Source of the DNA: Candidatus Uhrbacteria bacterium
Lineage (GTDB): Bacteria; Patescibacteriota; Patescibacteriia; JACRJV01
Assembly: GCA_016215325.1 (NCBI GenBank)
Contig: JACRJV010000003.1
Span: forward strand, 36,191-100,190
Length of the DNA stretch: 64,000 nt
Direction of reading: 5' to 3'
The translations under genes were made by a program, and so were the position numbers. This document shows positions 17,513 through 28,574 of the stretch, one piece after another (positions within the stretch are counted from its first letter, which is position 1; each line of letters begins with the position of its first letter). The notes under the pieces are model-generated. The model was not told the DNA's origin. It made no database searches and was given only the letters and a program-made list of their open reading frames with translations.

Positions 17513-18812
17513 TCGCAGGTTTACCGTTTAGCCTTTTTTCCACGTCTCCAGCACGAATTGCAACAGCGATTTCCCCAAACGCACGGTCCGTTGCCTCCAA
17601 ATACTTTACAACATGATCACTCGTATGTGCGTACATTGCATAGCAAAGATTGGATGCTAAAAATCCTTGCTCCAACATAAGCTGTACATATAATGCTTTG
17701 ATCGCCAGAGGATGTTCATGCTCAAAGTTGAAGTGACTTGCGGGATAAATACCGCCGACGTTGATTGTAAGGGCGTGACGCTGCGCAATCTGCTTCCAGC
17801 CCTCTTGTACCTGTTTCCCAATCTTAACCAAATGTTTACCTACATTCAACGTACGATGCTTCTGTATTGTGGCAAGCGCCGCCGTTGGCCCAACCCTCTC
17901 CGACCACATCGTGCTGCTCATAAACGTAAGTTCTGCAGCATCCATAAATTGCCCTTTCCCAATAACCGCAGCAATCGGATACCCATTCCCCATCGCCTTC
18001 GAGAACACCGCGATATCAGGAGTAAGTCCATACAAAAGATGGGCACCTCCGGAATTTAACCGGAACGCCGCGGACACTTCATCCACAACAAGGACAGCTC
18101 CTGCTTCATCCGCAAGCGCACGAACCCCCGGGAGAAATTCTGGCGTTGGGTCACTTCCTCGAATCGGTTCAATTACAATTGCCGCCAAATCCTTGCCGTG
18201 CTCTTTAATAATCGTTTTTAATATGTCAAGGCGGTTATAGGGGAACGGTACGACGGTGCCGCGAAGCCCTCGCGGCACTCCTCTTGGCTCTAACCCCGGA
18301 AGAAGAAGATCATTGAGTCCATCGGGTCGCTCAAGATTCACAGCAAGATACCAATCATTCCAACCATGGTACCCACAAACTGCCACAATATCACGACCAG
18401 TGAAGGCTCGTGCAATCCGAACCGCAATGGCCATCCCCTCCCCTCCTCCTCGCGCGAAACGCACCTTTTCTGCCCACGGATGAATCTCACAAAGCAAATC
18501 CGCGAGCTCGACTTCTTCAGGGCAATTCAGCGAGCTACTGGAGCCATTGTCTATAGCTGCTGTAACCGCGGCATTCACATCAGGATCGGCATACCCCAGC
18601 ACATTTGCACCAATCCCACCAATACTCATGTCAATGTACCGGTTGCCATCTAAGTCCCACACTTCCACCCCCTTCGCTCGCTGATAATACCCCGGCCATA
18701 CTCCAAGCGAAAACATGTCAGGACGCTTAGATAACAGCTGATTCATTCCTGGGATTCTACGTTTCGACGCTTCTTGCATTGCTAGACTTTTGGTGAGATT
18801 CATAAGCTTCAT
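17487..18812 (-). CDS. Class III aminotransferase, glutamate-1-semialdehyde aminomutase-like
   Basis: DLDGNRYIDMSIG, GGGEGMAIAVRIAR and VVDEV...FSKAMGNG (PLP-Lys) motifs; 441 aa. Confidence 0.75.
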   Translation of the reverse strand: MKLMNLTKSLAMQEASKRRIPGMNQLLSKRPDMFSLGVWPGYYQRAKGVEVWDLDGNRYIDMSIGGIGANVLGYADPDVNAAVTAAIDNGSSSSLNCPEEVELADLLCEIHPWAEKVRFARGGGEGMAIAVRIARAFTGRDIVAVCGYHGWNDWYLAVNLERPDGLNDLLLPGLEPRGVPRGLRGTVVPFPYNRLDILKTIIKEHGKDLAAIVIEPIRGSDPTPEFLPGVRALADEAGAVLVVDEVSAAFRLNSGGAHLLYGLTPDIAVFSKAMGNGYPIAAVIGKGQFMDAAELTFMSSTMWSERVGPTAALATIQKHRTLNVGKHLVKIGKQVQEGWKQIAQRHALTINVGGIYPASHFNFEHEHPLAIKALYVQLMLEQGFLASNLCYAMYAHTSDHVVKYLEATDRAFGEIAVAIRAGDVEKRLNGKPANAGFRRLA

Positions 18813-20941
18813 ATATGAGACCTAACGAGGGCGGTAATTTCGTCGATAACCCTGCCAACATCGCGATCTGTCATCAGCGGACTCAGCGGTATAGAGAGAC
18901 ACCGCCGATAATACTCTTCGGCACGAGGACAATCCCCCCAATGCGTCCCAAACTGCTGCTGATAAAAAGGTTGTGTATGGACAGGTATGTAGTGAACTTG
19001 GGTTTGGATTCCACGATTGTTTAGATGCACCATGCATTCCGCACGACTTCTTCCAATTTTTTCAAAATCGATTCCGAGGACATAGAGATGAAAAATACTT
19101 TCACAATCCGGTGACTCGAACGGTCTCTGAATGCATGGAAGGTCTTGAAAAGCGCTCTGGTATTGTCGGACAATGGCTCGTCTCCTTGTCTGAAATAATT
19201 CTAATTTAGCAATTTGCGAAATCCCCAACGCGCATTGGATATCGGTAAGACGGTAATTATAGCCAAGTTCTTGCTGTTCATAGTACCAAGGATTAACCAT
19301 ACCCTCCCCTGAGCCACTGAATCCCTGTTGAAGATACACAAACTCCTTGGGGTCATTGGTGATCCCATGGGACCGTAACTTCCGCACCATCCTATCCAAG
19401 ACCGGATCATTGGTAAGCACCGCTCCACCTTCTCCGGTTGTGATGTGTTTTACTGGATGAAAGCTCATCACTACCATATCAGAAAATCGACAGGAACCCA
19501 CCGGCGTACCCTTATACCGAGAACCGAACACATGGCAGGCATCTTCGATAATAACGATACGGTGCCGATACTTCGCCTCCGCTTCTTTCACAATCTGGGC
19601 AATTGATTCCATATCACAACTCTGCCCGGCAAAGTGGACTGGAATAACGGCCTTGGTGCGTTGCGTAATTTTGCGCGCAATCTCAGCTGGAGCGATATTA
19701 TACGTATGCGGATCGATATCCGCAAAGATAGGCCTCCCACCACAATACACAACACAGTTTGCCGAGGCGACAAAGGTGTTCGGAGAGGTGATCACTTCAT
19801 CTCCAGGTCCTATGCCCGCAGCACGACAAGCAAGATGTAACGCTGAGGTGCCGGAATTCACCGCCACTGCGTAGCGTGACTCTGTAACGTTAGATATCGC
19901 CTCTTCAAAATGCTTCACGCGAGGTCCTTGAGTAAGGTGAGTCGACTTCAATGCCACTGTCACCGCTTCAATGTCATCCCCATCGATAGTGTGTCTCCCA
20001 TACGAAAGATATTTAGAGGGCTGCCGTATCGTTCCCGAGTTACGAAGAATATCTGTTCTTTGGTAATCTTTATAAAAACGTTCAATGGAATCCTTGATTG
20101 TGGGCATCGGCGTTGCCAACGCGTGTTCTAACTTATCGACACATAGTGATAGATTATGGCCCCTTGTTGCCAAAAAAGTATGCTCACTTAAAGAGTGTTT
20201 GATCACTTGTGAGGGATCAAAGCCGAATGTTGTTGCAACGAGGCGGGCGAACTCATACTTCGAACATGAATCGTGTGTGCCAATATTGTAGATCCCTTGC
20301 AAATCAGCACGCAGGGCCCATTCAATCACTCGTGCAACGTCAACGGCATAGAGCGAAGAAAAAACCGCATCATAAAATCCAGAAACAATCTCTCCCCGTT
20401 GAAGACGATGGAGGATCCATTCCGCCAAACTCTCTTTACTGAGAATATTCCAGCCAAAAAAATTTGCCCTAAGAATCAAAGCTGCGCTGACTCGCTCACA
20501 TTCGCGCTCGCCAAAATACTTGGTGAGGCCATAATAATTCTGAGGCGCGACAGGATCCAATTCGGAGTAATCCCCCTTGGTGCCTTGATAGACAGCATCG
20601 GTTGATATGTACACGAGTTTCGTTGGGGTTCCTCTGATGGCCTCGACAACATGTTTCGTTGTGAGATGGTTCATCTGCTGGCAAAGAGCCGTCTCCCGTT
20701 CGCATTGATCGACATTGGTAAGGGACGCGCAGTGTATTACAACATCCGGTTGAATTTCACTCACGATTCGTCTCGCCTCTTGCTGCTCACTCAAGTCACA
20801 TTGAACTGTAGAGGCCCCCTCAATAATAAGAGGATGCTGCCAATACAACCCAATGATTTCAAACGTATCCTTTAAAAAAAGAGCGAGATTACTCCCGAGA
20901 AGTCCACTCACGCCGGTAATAAGGATGCGCTGACGGGCCAT
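18809..20941 (-). CDS. Bifunctional fusion: N-terminal RmlD-like NAD(P)-dependent sugar reductase + C-terminal PseC/DegT-like aminotransferase
   Basis: N-term ILITGVSGLLGSNL...YISTDAVY...YGLTKY (SDR extended YxxxK); C-term VIPVHFAGQSCDM...SFHPVKHITTGEGGAV (DegT PLP-Lys). Confidence 0.75.
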   Translation of the reverse strand: MARQRILITGVSGLLGSNLALFLKDTFEIIGLYWQHPLIIEGASTVQCDLSEQQEARRIVSEIQPDVVIHCASLTNVDQCERETALCQQMNHLTTKHVVEAIRGTPTKLVYISTDAVYQGTKGDYSELDPVAPQNYYGLTKYFGERECERVSAALILRANFFGWNILSKESLAEWILHRLQRGEIVSGFYDAVFSSLYAVDVARVIEWALRADLQGIYNIGTHDSCSKYEFARLVATTFGFDPSQVIKHSLSEHTFLATRGHNLSLCVDKLEHALATPMPTIKDSIERFYKDYQRTDILRNSGTIRQPSKYLSYGRHTIDGDDIEAVTVALKSTHLTQGPRVKHFEEAISNVTESRYAVAVNSGTSALHLACRAAGIGPGDEVITSPNTFVASANCVVYCGGRPIFADIDPHTYNIAPAEIARKITQRTKAVIPVHFAGQSCDMESIAQIVKEAEAKYRHRIVIIEDACHVFGSRYKGTPVGSCRFSDMVVMSFHPVKHITTGEGGAVLTNDPVLDRMVRKLRSHGITNDPKEFVYLQQGFSGSGEGMVNPWYYEQQELGYNYRLTDIQCALGISQIAKLELFQTRRRAIVRQYQSAFQDLPCIQRPFESPDCESIFHLYVLGIDFEKIGRSRAECMVHLNNRGIQTQVHYIPVHTQPFYQQQFGTHWGDCPRAEEYYRRCLSIPLSPLMTDRDVGRVIDEITALVRSHI

Positions 20942-20956
20942 ACCCCAGAGTGTTTA

Positions 20957-21991
20957 TCACTTTGGAACCTCATCCATCGACCATCGGATCTGCCCTTCTG
21001 CAATATCATGGGCAACCTGCGCGACGATCGAACGTAACTCTACAACACTCATCATCCAGGGGTTCGTTCCAGAATTATACTCAAAGTCCTCAGCACATTT
21101 TTGCACGTTTGGGTAGGAAAGGGCAGGGCTGGCGGCTGCATGCGGCTGGGCGATCACGTAGGAATGATCGAATTCCCAGGTGTGTCGAGCATCGTCCCGA
21201 CTAATGAGCAGCTCATGAATCTTTTCACCCGGACGAATGCCAACCACTTCTTGTCGACATTCCGGCGCCACCGCAGAAGCCAAATCGGTAATCTTCATTG
21301 ATGGAATTTTCGGTACAAAAATTTCTCCACCACGAGCGATCTCGAATACATTAAGAACAAAACGTACCCCTTGCTCAATAGTAATCCAAAAACGTGTCAT
21401 CTGCGGATCTGTGATGGGGAGCACACCTGTTTTGGATCGCTCTAAGAAAAATGGAATGACCGAACCACGGCTCCCGACCACATTACCGTATCGAACCACC
21501 GCGAAAATAGTTTCTTTCGACCCCCGATAAACATTCGCAGCAGTGAAGAGTTTATCTGAACAAAGTTTCGTTGCTCCATAGAGGTTGATAGGGTTACAGG
21601 CCTTATCAGTCGATAAAGCAACCACTTTTTTTACATTGGCAGTAAGCGCCGCCTCGATAATATTCATCGCTCCCAACACATTGGTTTTGATCGCTTCGGA
21701 GGGATTATATTCTGCCGCAGGTACCTGTTTGAGTGCCGCGGCATGAATAACATAATCAACCCCATCAAAGGCACGCAGGAGCCGTTCTTTGTCTCGGACA
21801 TCACCGATGAAATAACGAATACAGGGGTATTTCGATGTACTCCAACGTTGCGACATCTCGAATTGCTTTAACTCATCACGACTGAATACTATCAATCGCC
21901 TTGGTTTGTACTCTTGGAGTATCGCTTCGACCATCTTTTTCCCAAACGATCCTGTCCCCCCAGTAATGAGTACTGTTTTATCATTGAACAT
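20957..21991 (-). CDS. pseB: UDP-N-acetylglucosamine 4,6-dehydratase (inverting), PseB/FlaA1
   Basis: MFNDKTVLITGGTGSFGK N-terminus and overall collinearity with PseB/CapD short form. Confidence 0.9.
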   Translation of the reverse strand: MFNDKTVLITGGTGSFGKKMVEAILQEYKPRRLIVFSRDELKQFEMSQRWSTSKYPCIRYFIGDVRDKERLLRAFDGVDYVIHAAALKQVPAAEYNPSEAIKTNVLGAMNIIEAALTANVKKVVALSTDKACNPINLYGATKLCSDKLFTAANVYRGSKETIFAVVRYGNVVGSRGSVIPFFLERSKTGVLPITDPQMTRFWITIEQGVRFVLNVFEIARGGEIFVPKIPSMKITDLASAVAPECRQEVVGIRPGEKIHELLISRDDARHTWEFDHSYVIAQPHAAASPALSYPNVQKCAEDFEYNSGTNPWMMSVVELRSIVAQVAHDIAEGQIRWSMDEVPK

Positions 21992-22508
21992 AAGACGAAA
22001 TCGTTACTGTGGAACGAGGCGCATTGTCATGACCTCGAAACGCCCACCAACGATACATAAAAAAATTCCAACTAACCACGAATGGACCCGCAATAAGCTT
22101 TGCGATTATGTCATGGAAGCCCAAGAATTCAACACCGCTGTACAGAATCCCTTGAGCAATCGCAATACCACCAATGGTACTCATCACAAACTTCAGATAT
22201 TGAGCAGCACATCCACTCTGTTGTTGTTGGAACGCCCAATGTTTATTCCAAAAAAAACTCCACGTCACAACAATAGAAAATGAAATTCCGTTTGCTATCA
22301 AATAGTGCTCCTTCCAAAACATCCATCCACGAGTAAGCATCGAGTATATTGTAAAATCAATCAACGTATTCCCAACCCCGATAATGCCATACCGAATAAA
22401 GGAGTGAAACAAGGCAAGCACACGAACGTTGGTTTTAATTACGATAACAGATCGGCACCAAACGAACAACAACTCACAGTCGAAGGTACGAGACGTCCCG
22501 ACCCTCAA
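21981..22508 (-). CDS. GtrA-family membrane protein (polysaccharide synthesis/translocation associated)
   Basis: ~125-aa core with four predicted TM helices and RYGIIGVGNTLIDFTIY N-terminal GtrA pattern; true start probably a GTG/TTG downstream of the listed start (overlap with upstream gene). Confidence 0.5.
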   Translation of the reverse strand: MRVGTSRTFDCELLFVWCRSVIVIKTNVRVLALFHSFIRYGIIGVGNTLIDFTIYSMLTRGWMFWKEHYLIANGISFSIVVTWSFFWNKHWAFQQQQSGCAAQYLKFVMSTIGGIAIAQGILYSGVEFLGFHDIIAKLIAGPFVVSWNFFMYRWWAFRGHDNAPRSTVTISSYVQ

Positions 22509-23814
22509 ACAGTTGACCGCGAGAAAACACTCCCTTCACATCCATAAATACGCCGGGGTTATGCAGCAGGTATTCAAATTGCTGCGCATTCATTGAACGG
22601 AATACGCTGTGGGGCGAACACACCACCACGGCATCTGCTCGAGGGATATCGCGCAATTCCTGATAATACGAAATGGCACACGTCTCTCGGAGATCCTCGA
22701 TGGCAACAAGCGGATCGTAGCCACTGACCTTGACGCCGTACTCCTGCAATGCTCTTACGACGTCAAACGCTTTCGAGTTGCGAATATCGCGCACATCCTC
22801 TTTAAATGTAAGCCCCATGACCAGCACATGCGCATTTTGAATGGGTTTTCCCTGCTTAATAATCGCCTTCACTGTACGATCGGCCAAATGCTGCGCCATT
22901 GAATCATTAATATGCCGCCCGGCCAAAATCACCTGCGGGTCATAGCCTAGTTCTTGCGCTTTATGCGTTAAATAATACGGGTCAACCCCAATGCAATGCC
23001 CACCGACCAATCCGGGGGAATATTTATGGAAATTCCATTTGGTTCCGGCTGCATCAAGAACCTCACGCGTATCGATCCCAAGTTTCTCAAAAATCAACGA
23101 GCACTCATTGACGAGAGCAATGTTGAGGTCGCGTTGAATATTTTCAATCACTTTCGCCGCTTCCGCAGTTTTAATGTTGGATGCCCGGTGAACGCCATTG
23201 ACGCAAATGCGCCCATACACCATGGCAATTTTTTCAAGTGTTAGCGCATCCATCCCGGAAACAATTTTTACGATTTTATCAACGGTGTGTTCGTGATCAC
23301 CCGGATTGATGCGCTCCGGAGAGTACCCGATAAACCAATCCTTTCCGCACACCAACCCAGAACCCTTCTCAATAATCGGTACGCAGATATCTTCCGTGAC
23401 ACCCGGGTACACTGTCGATTCAAACACAACGATAGTCCCTGAACGGATATGGGCACCGATGGTTGTGGATACTTCAATCACCGGAGTTAAATCTGGTTGC
23501 TTTGCCTTTGTGATGGGTGTCGGCGGAGTCGCAATAATAAAATTCGCCCGCTCAAGTACTGCCGGGTCAGTGCTCAACTCAAGCATGCTCTCCGATAGCT
23601 GCTGCCGCGTTATCTCTCCGCCAGGATCATTACCGTCCTGAAGCGCCTTTACCCTTTTTTCGGAACGATTATACCCTATGACGGGCGCCCATTCGGTTCT
23701 GCCAAACGCCACTGCTAATGGCAAACCCACGTAACCCAAACCAACCACGGCTATCCGAGGTGTCCATGCAGGTTTTTCGATTTCGCTCTCAAGCCCGAGA
23801 GGAAGCATAGACAT
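22474..23814 (-). CDS. UDP-N-acetyl-D-hexosamine 6-dehydrogenase (WecC/WbpA/TviB nucleotide-sugar dehydrogenase family)
   Basis: IAVVGLGYVGLPLA NAD motif, catalytic GGHCIGVDP; 446 aa. Confidence 0.85.
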   Translation of the reverse strand: MSMLPLGLESEIEKPAWTPRIAVVGLGYVGLPLAVAFGRTEWAPVIGYNRSEKRVKALQDGNDPGGEITRQQLSESMLELSTDPAVLERANFIIATPPTPITKAKQPDLTPVIEVSTTIGAHIRSGTIVVFESTVYPGVTEDICVPIIEKGSGLVCGKDWFIGYSPERINPGDHEHTVDKIVKIVSGMDALTLEKIAMVYGRICVNGVHRASNIKTAEAAKVIENIQRDLNIALVNECSLIFEKLGIDTREVLDAAGTKWNFHKYSPGLVGGHCIGVDPYYLTHKAQELGYDPQVILAGRHINDSMAQHLADRTVKAIIKQGKPIQNAHVLVMGLTFKEDVRDIRNSKAFDVVRALQEYGVKVSGYDPLVAIEDLRETCAISYYQELRDIPRADAVVVCSPHSVFRSMNAQQFEYLLHNPGVFMDVKGVFSRGQLFEGRDVSYLRL

Positions 23815-23865
23815 CGTAGCAAGAGTAAAAGTAGTATAAACGAAGGCGTGACGACAAGCAAGGCC

Positions 23866-24834
23866 TCAATTCGACAATGCCGCTTGATAAGAGGATTGAT
23901 ACCATTCGATGAATCGGGGAATGCCTTCTTGGATTCTTGTCTTCGGCCCAAATCCTAAAAGCTCACGAGCCTTTGTAATATCTGCAGAGGTCGCTGGAAC
24001 GTCTCCTGGCTGGATGTCTTTATATATTTTTTTTGCCGTTTTTCCGACTTCGTTCTCGATGATGGTGATAAACTCCGTGAGTTGCTCGGTATGATTATTC
24101 CCAAGGTTGAGCACGTGGTATTCTCGGTCAGAGAGTTCTGTCGCGGCAACCGTGCCAAGGACAATATCATCGATATAGGTGAAATCTCGGCGCATGTCTC
24201 CCTTATTGTATACTTCAATAGGAGTGCCTTCGACAATCGCGCGTGTAAATTTGAATAACGCCATGTCTGGCCGACCCCATGGGCCATACACCGTAAAATA
24301 TCGCAAGCCAACGACAGGGAGGTGATAGAGATGGTGGTAGCTGTACGCCATGAGCTCGCACGCTTTTTTGGTTGCCGCATACGGCGAAATGGGGTGATCC
24401 ACTGGATCGTCTTCGGAGAACGGAAGCTTTTTATTATTCCCATACACCGAGGAACTGGACGCAAACACAAACCGTCCTACTCCACTGCGGACCGATAATT
24501 CAAGCATATTGGTCGTTCCACCGACATTCACTTCTTGGTATAACCGCGGATGTTCGAGTGACGCGCGCACCCCTGCGCGGGCCGCCAAGTGACACACCGC
24601 ATCAAAATGATACTGCCCAAAGACGCGCTCCAGCGCAGAGTAATCTCGAATATCTATACGATGGACTGGGATATCCAGCCCTTTGAGCAACACCTGAACC
24701 CGATCCTCTTTTAATTGCGGATCATAGTAATCGTTAAAGTCATCAACGATAACCACATGGTGCCCTCGCCGGCACAATTCCTTTGCCGTGTGGGAACCAA
24801 TAAACCCTGCTCCGCCGGTCACGAGGATGTTCAT
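23866..24834 (-). CDS. NAD-dependent epimerase, UDP-glucuronate 4-epimerase-like
   Basis: MNILVTGGAGFIGSH, YAATKKACE (YxxxK), collinear with Cap1J/UGA4E enzymes. Confidence 0.8.
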   Translation of the reverse strand: MNILVTGGAGFIGSHTAKELCRRGHHVVIVDDFNDYYDPQLKEDRVQVLLKGLDIPVHRIDIRDYSALERVFGQYHFDAVCHLAARAGVRASLEHPRLYQEVNVGGTTNMLELSVRSGVGRFVFASSSSVYGNNKKLPFSEDDPVDHPISPYAATKKACELMAYSYHHLYHLPVVGLRYFTVYGPWGRPDMALFKFTRAIVEGTPIEVYNKGDMRRDFTYIDDIVLGTVAATELSDREYHVLNLGNNHTEQLTEFITIIENEVGKTAKKIYKDIQPGDVPATSADITKARELLGFGPKTRIQEGIPRFIEWYQSSYQAALSN

Positions 24835-24836
24835 AG

Positions 24837-25625
24837 CTACTTAATCCTACCGCTCACTCTGTACCACACCATCCCCAACCTCTCATGGAGCCCTTGAGTT
24901 GATTGAGAAAAATATTCTATCTGCGGGAATAATGCCATGGGGGTTTGTCGTTTTCCTCGAGTGTAATAGTCAGTCGGTTCTGGGACGACATCAAGCTCTT
25001 GCGATTCCATGACGCGAACCGAACGAGGCATGTGGAATGCCGAGGTCACCAGAATAATCGAATACCCCTTTTTTGCTGGGATCCTCTTGCGCAGCCACTC
25101 TACAACGGCCTCGCCGCTTTCGGCGGTCGTCCGGGACCCGTCTTCAATAAAACACGAATCCCCAACCCCCGCAACAGCCGCGATTTCACAAGCGCGTCTT
25201 GCTTCGTACGAAGTTGTTTGGAAGGGGTCACCTGATCCCCCCGAATAGAGCATGGGAACGTTCCCGTTATACGATCGTGTAATCTCAATCCCCTTCCAGA
25301 GCCGGCGCCAACTGCTGCCGGAAAGCTCAACGATCTCATTGTTGCGGGGTACCGCCGCCCCGCCGGCCAACACCACAATCGCATCCACCGAATCCGCTGC
25401 CGGCAACGTTGAGGGAGCGGTATATTCATGTTCAAGACTTCCTAACAAAAGTTGTGCAGTGGGGCCGATGGACAAAAGATAATACACAAGAGCGGTGCAG
25501 AGCAAGAGGCGACTGCCCCATCGTCGGCCCTTGTGCACCCCCCACCATGCGGCCAGCATCCCCACCAACAGGAGTGTCGGGGGCAGGAAAAACGGCTTCA
25601 CGAGCTTCATGAGGAGGAATGCCAT
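24837..25625 (-). CDS. YdcF/ElyC/SanA-family (DUF218) membrane-anchored protein
   Basis: N-terminal TM helix then DAIVVLAGG...SAFHMPRS signature of DUF218. Confidence 0.6.
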   Translation of the reverse strand: MAFLLMKLVKPFFLPPTLLLVGMLAAWWGVHKGRRWGSRLLLCTALVYYLLSIGPTAQLLLGSLEHEYTAPSTLPAADSVDAIVVLAGGAAVPRNNEIVELSGSSWRRLWKGIEITRSYNGNVPMLYSGGSGDPFQTTSYEARRACEIAAVAGVGDSCFIEDGSRTTAESGEAVVEWLRKRIPAKKGYSIILVTSAFHMPRSVRVMESQELDVVPEPTDYYTRGKRQTPMALFPQIEYFSQSTQGLHERLGMVWYRVSGRIK

Positions 25626-25646
25626 ACCCAGTGGTCAACCACGATG

Positions 25647-26957
<1,311 letters not shown>

Positions 26958-26974
26958 CTACCATGCTATTAAGC

Positions 26975-27004
26975 AAAAAGAAAAGCGCTGCCCTCGGGTG
27001 ACCC
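26975..27004 (-). terminator. Rho-independent terminator-like hairpin downstream of ugd
   Basis: On minus strand GCTGCCC-(14 nt)-GGGCAGC followed by TTTTCTTTTTGC. Confidence 0.45.
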
Positions 27005-27184
27005 CCTGGGCAGCACGCGATTGAGATGAGTGTGATTAGTTCTCCTTCAGAGCCTGTCGTACATCCCCTTGGCCAGGATCTCCTCCTCGCGTAATCGGGT
27101 GCGTTGCTAAACAGGCGTACAAAAGATCGTCCTGATAAATCATGGCATTGCGTAGCGGCTGGGGAAGATGCGAACGCATAGGGC

Positions 27185-28477
27185 TCATGGCCGTCCGACG
27201 GAGTAATACTGGAACCCCATCTCCCGCATGTGCTGGGCGTCCAACATATTTCGGCCGTCAAAGACGATGGGGCTGATCATCCCCTGCTTGCACGCGGCCC
27301 ATGGCAAGCAGCGAAACTGCGGCCATTCGGTGAGCACCAGCACCGCGTGTGCTCCAGTAAAAACCTCCTCCGCTACCGGACAAACTTGTAACCGTGGAAT
27401 CTCCTGCATCGCTTTGTGCTCTGCCTGCGGATCATAGGCTACCACCCGCGCTCCTTGGTCATGGAGCCACCGGACAATATCAATCGAGGCGGATTGTCGA
27501 ATATCGTCGGTAAAGGGTTTGAAGGAAAGCCCCAGCACGCCGATGGTCTTGTCGCGTACTTCGCCCAAGGTTTTTTTAATCTTGCGGATAAATTGCCGGC
27601 GCTGCGCTTGATTGACTTCGATCACGGCTTTGAGGAGTTTAAATTCGTAATCATGCTCCAGAGCGATCGAATGGAGCGCCTGTGTGTCTTTGGGGAAACA
27701 CGACCCGCCATAACCAATGCCAGAGTGCAAAAATGCGCTGCCGATGCGAGGATCTAACCCCATCCCATACGCTACATCATCGACATTGGCGCCTACCTCA
27801 TCGCAAAGATTGGCGATTTCGTTGATAAACGAAATTTTGGTTGCCAAAAATGCATTCGAAGAATATTTAATAAGCTCGGCGCTGCGACGGTCTGTGACCA
27901 CGCGTTTGCCCGGCAACGGTCTGTGGAGCTCGAGTAGGGCCGAGCGCGCGCGAATGCTCTCGGTCCCAATGACAATACGATCGGGGTTGCGCAGATCGGC
28001 AAGCGCCGTCCCCTCCCGCAAAAACTCTGGGCAGGAAGCAACACTCATTGTTGATTGTTTGGACAGTCTTTTTTGAATAATCGCTTCGACTTTCTCCCCA
28101 GTGCCCACAGGCACTGTGCTCTTATTGACCACCACAGTATGATCTGCAAGCAATGGGGCAATCGTTTCGGCGACGGCAAACACTTGTGACAAATCCGCGC
28201 TGCCATCCTCTCGCGGAGGCGTGCCCACGCAGATCATCACAACAGAAGAGTCAGAGACCGCTCCCGCAAGGTCGGTCGTGGGCCGAAGAGTTCCCCGGTT
28301 AATCGTGTCTCGGACCGCTTCGGAAAGCCCCGGCTCATAGAAATCAACCTCTCCACGCTTGAGGGCTTCGAGCTTTTCGATGCTCCGACGCGCCAAATAC
28401 ACGGTGTGTCCGAGCTCGGCATACACCACTGCACTCGTGAGCCCCACGTATCCGGCGCCGATGATGGTAAGAGTCAT
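27185..28477 (-). CDS. ugd: UDP-glucose 6-dehydrogenase
   Basis: MTLTIIGAGYVGL NAD motif, catalytic GGSCFPKD, 430 aa. Confidence 0.9.
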   Translation of the reverse strand: MTLTIIGAGYVGLTSAVVYAELGHTVYLARRSIEKLEALKRGEVDFYEPGLSEAVRDTINRGTLRPTTDLAGAVSDSSVVMICVGTPPREDGSADLSQVFAVAETIAPLLADHTVVVNKSTVPVGTGEKVEAIIQKRLSKQSTMSVASCPEFLREGTALADLRNPDRIVIGTESIRARSALLELHRPLPGKRVVTDRRSAELIKYSSNAFLATKISFINEIANLCDEVGANVDDVAYGMGLDPRIGSAFLHSGIGYGGSCFPKDTQALHSIALEHDYEFKLLKAVIEVNQAQRRQFIRKIKKTLGEVRDKTIGVLGLSFKPFTDDIRQSASIDIVRWLHDQGARVVAYDPQAEHKAMQEIPRLQVCPVAEEVFTGAHAVLVLTEWPQFRCLPWAACKQGMISPIVFDGRNMLDAQHMREMGFQYYSVGRP

Positions 28478-28574
28478 ACTTAACGCAGCAAGATAAGTAA
28501 ATTAAGTAAAATAAGCCCCGTTTCGGTCGATGCTTGTCTCGCTTATCTTGATTAATTAACTCATCTTGCTAGAT
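28478..28574. repeat. Intergenic hairpin repeat, copy A (inverted orientation relative to B and C)
   Basis: AGCAAGATAAGTAAATTAAGTAAAATAAGC arms around loop CCCGTTTCGGTCGATGCTTGTCTC; core reverse-complementary to copies B and C. Confidence 0.6.
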
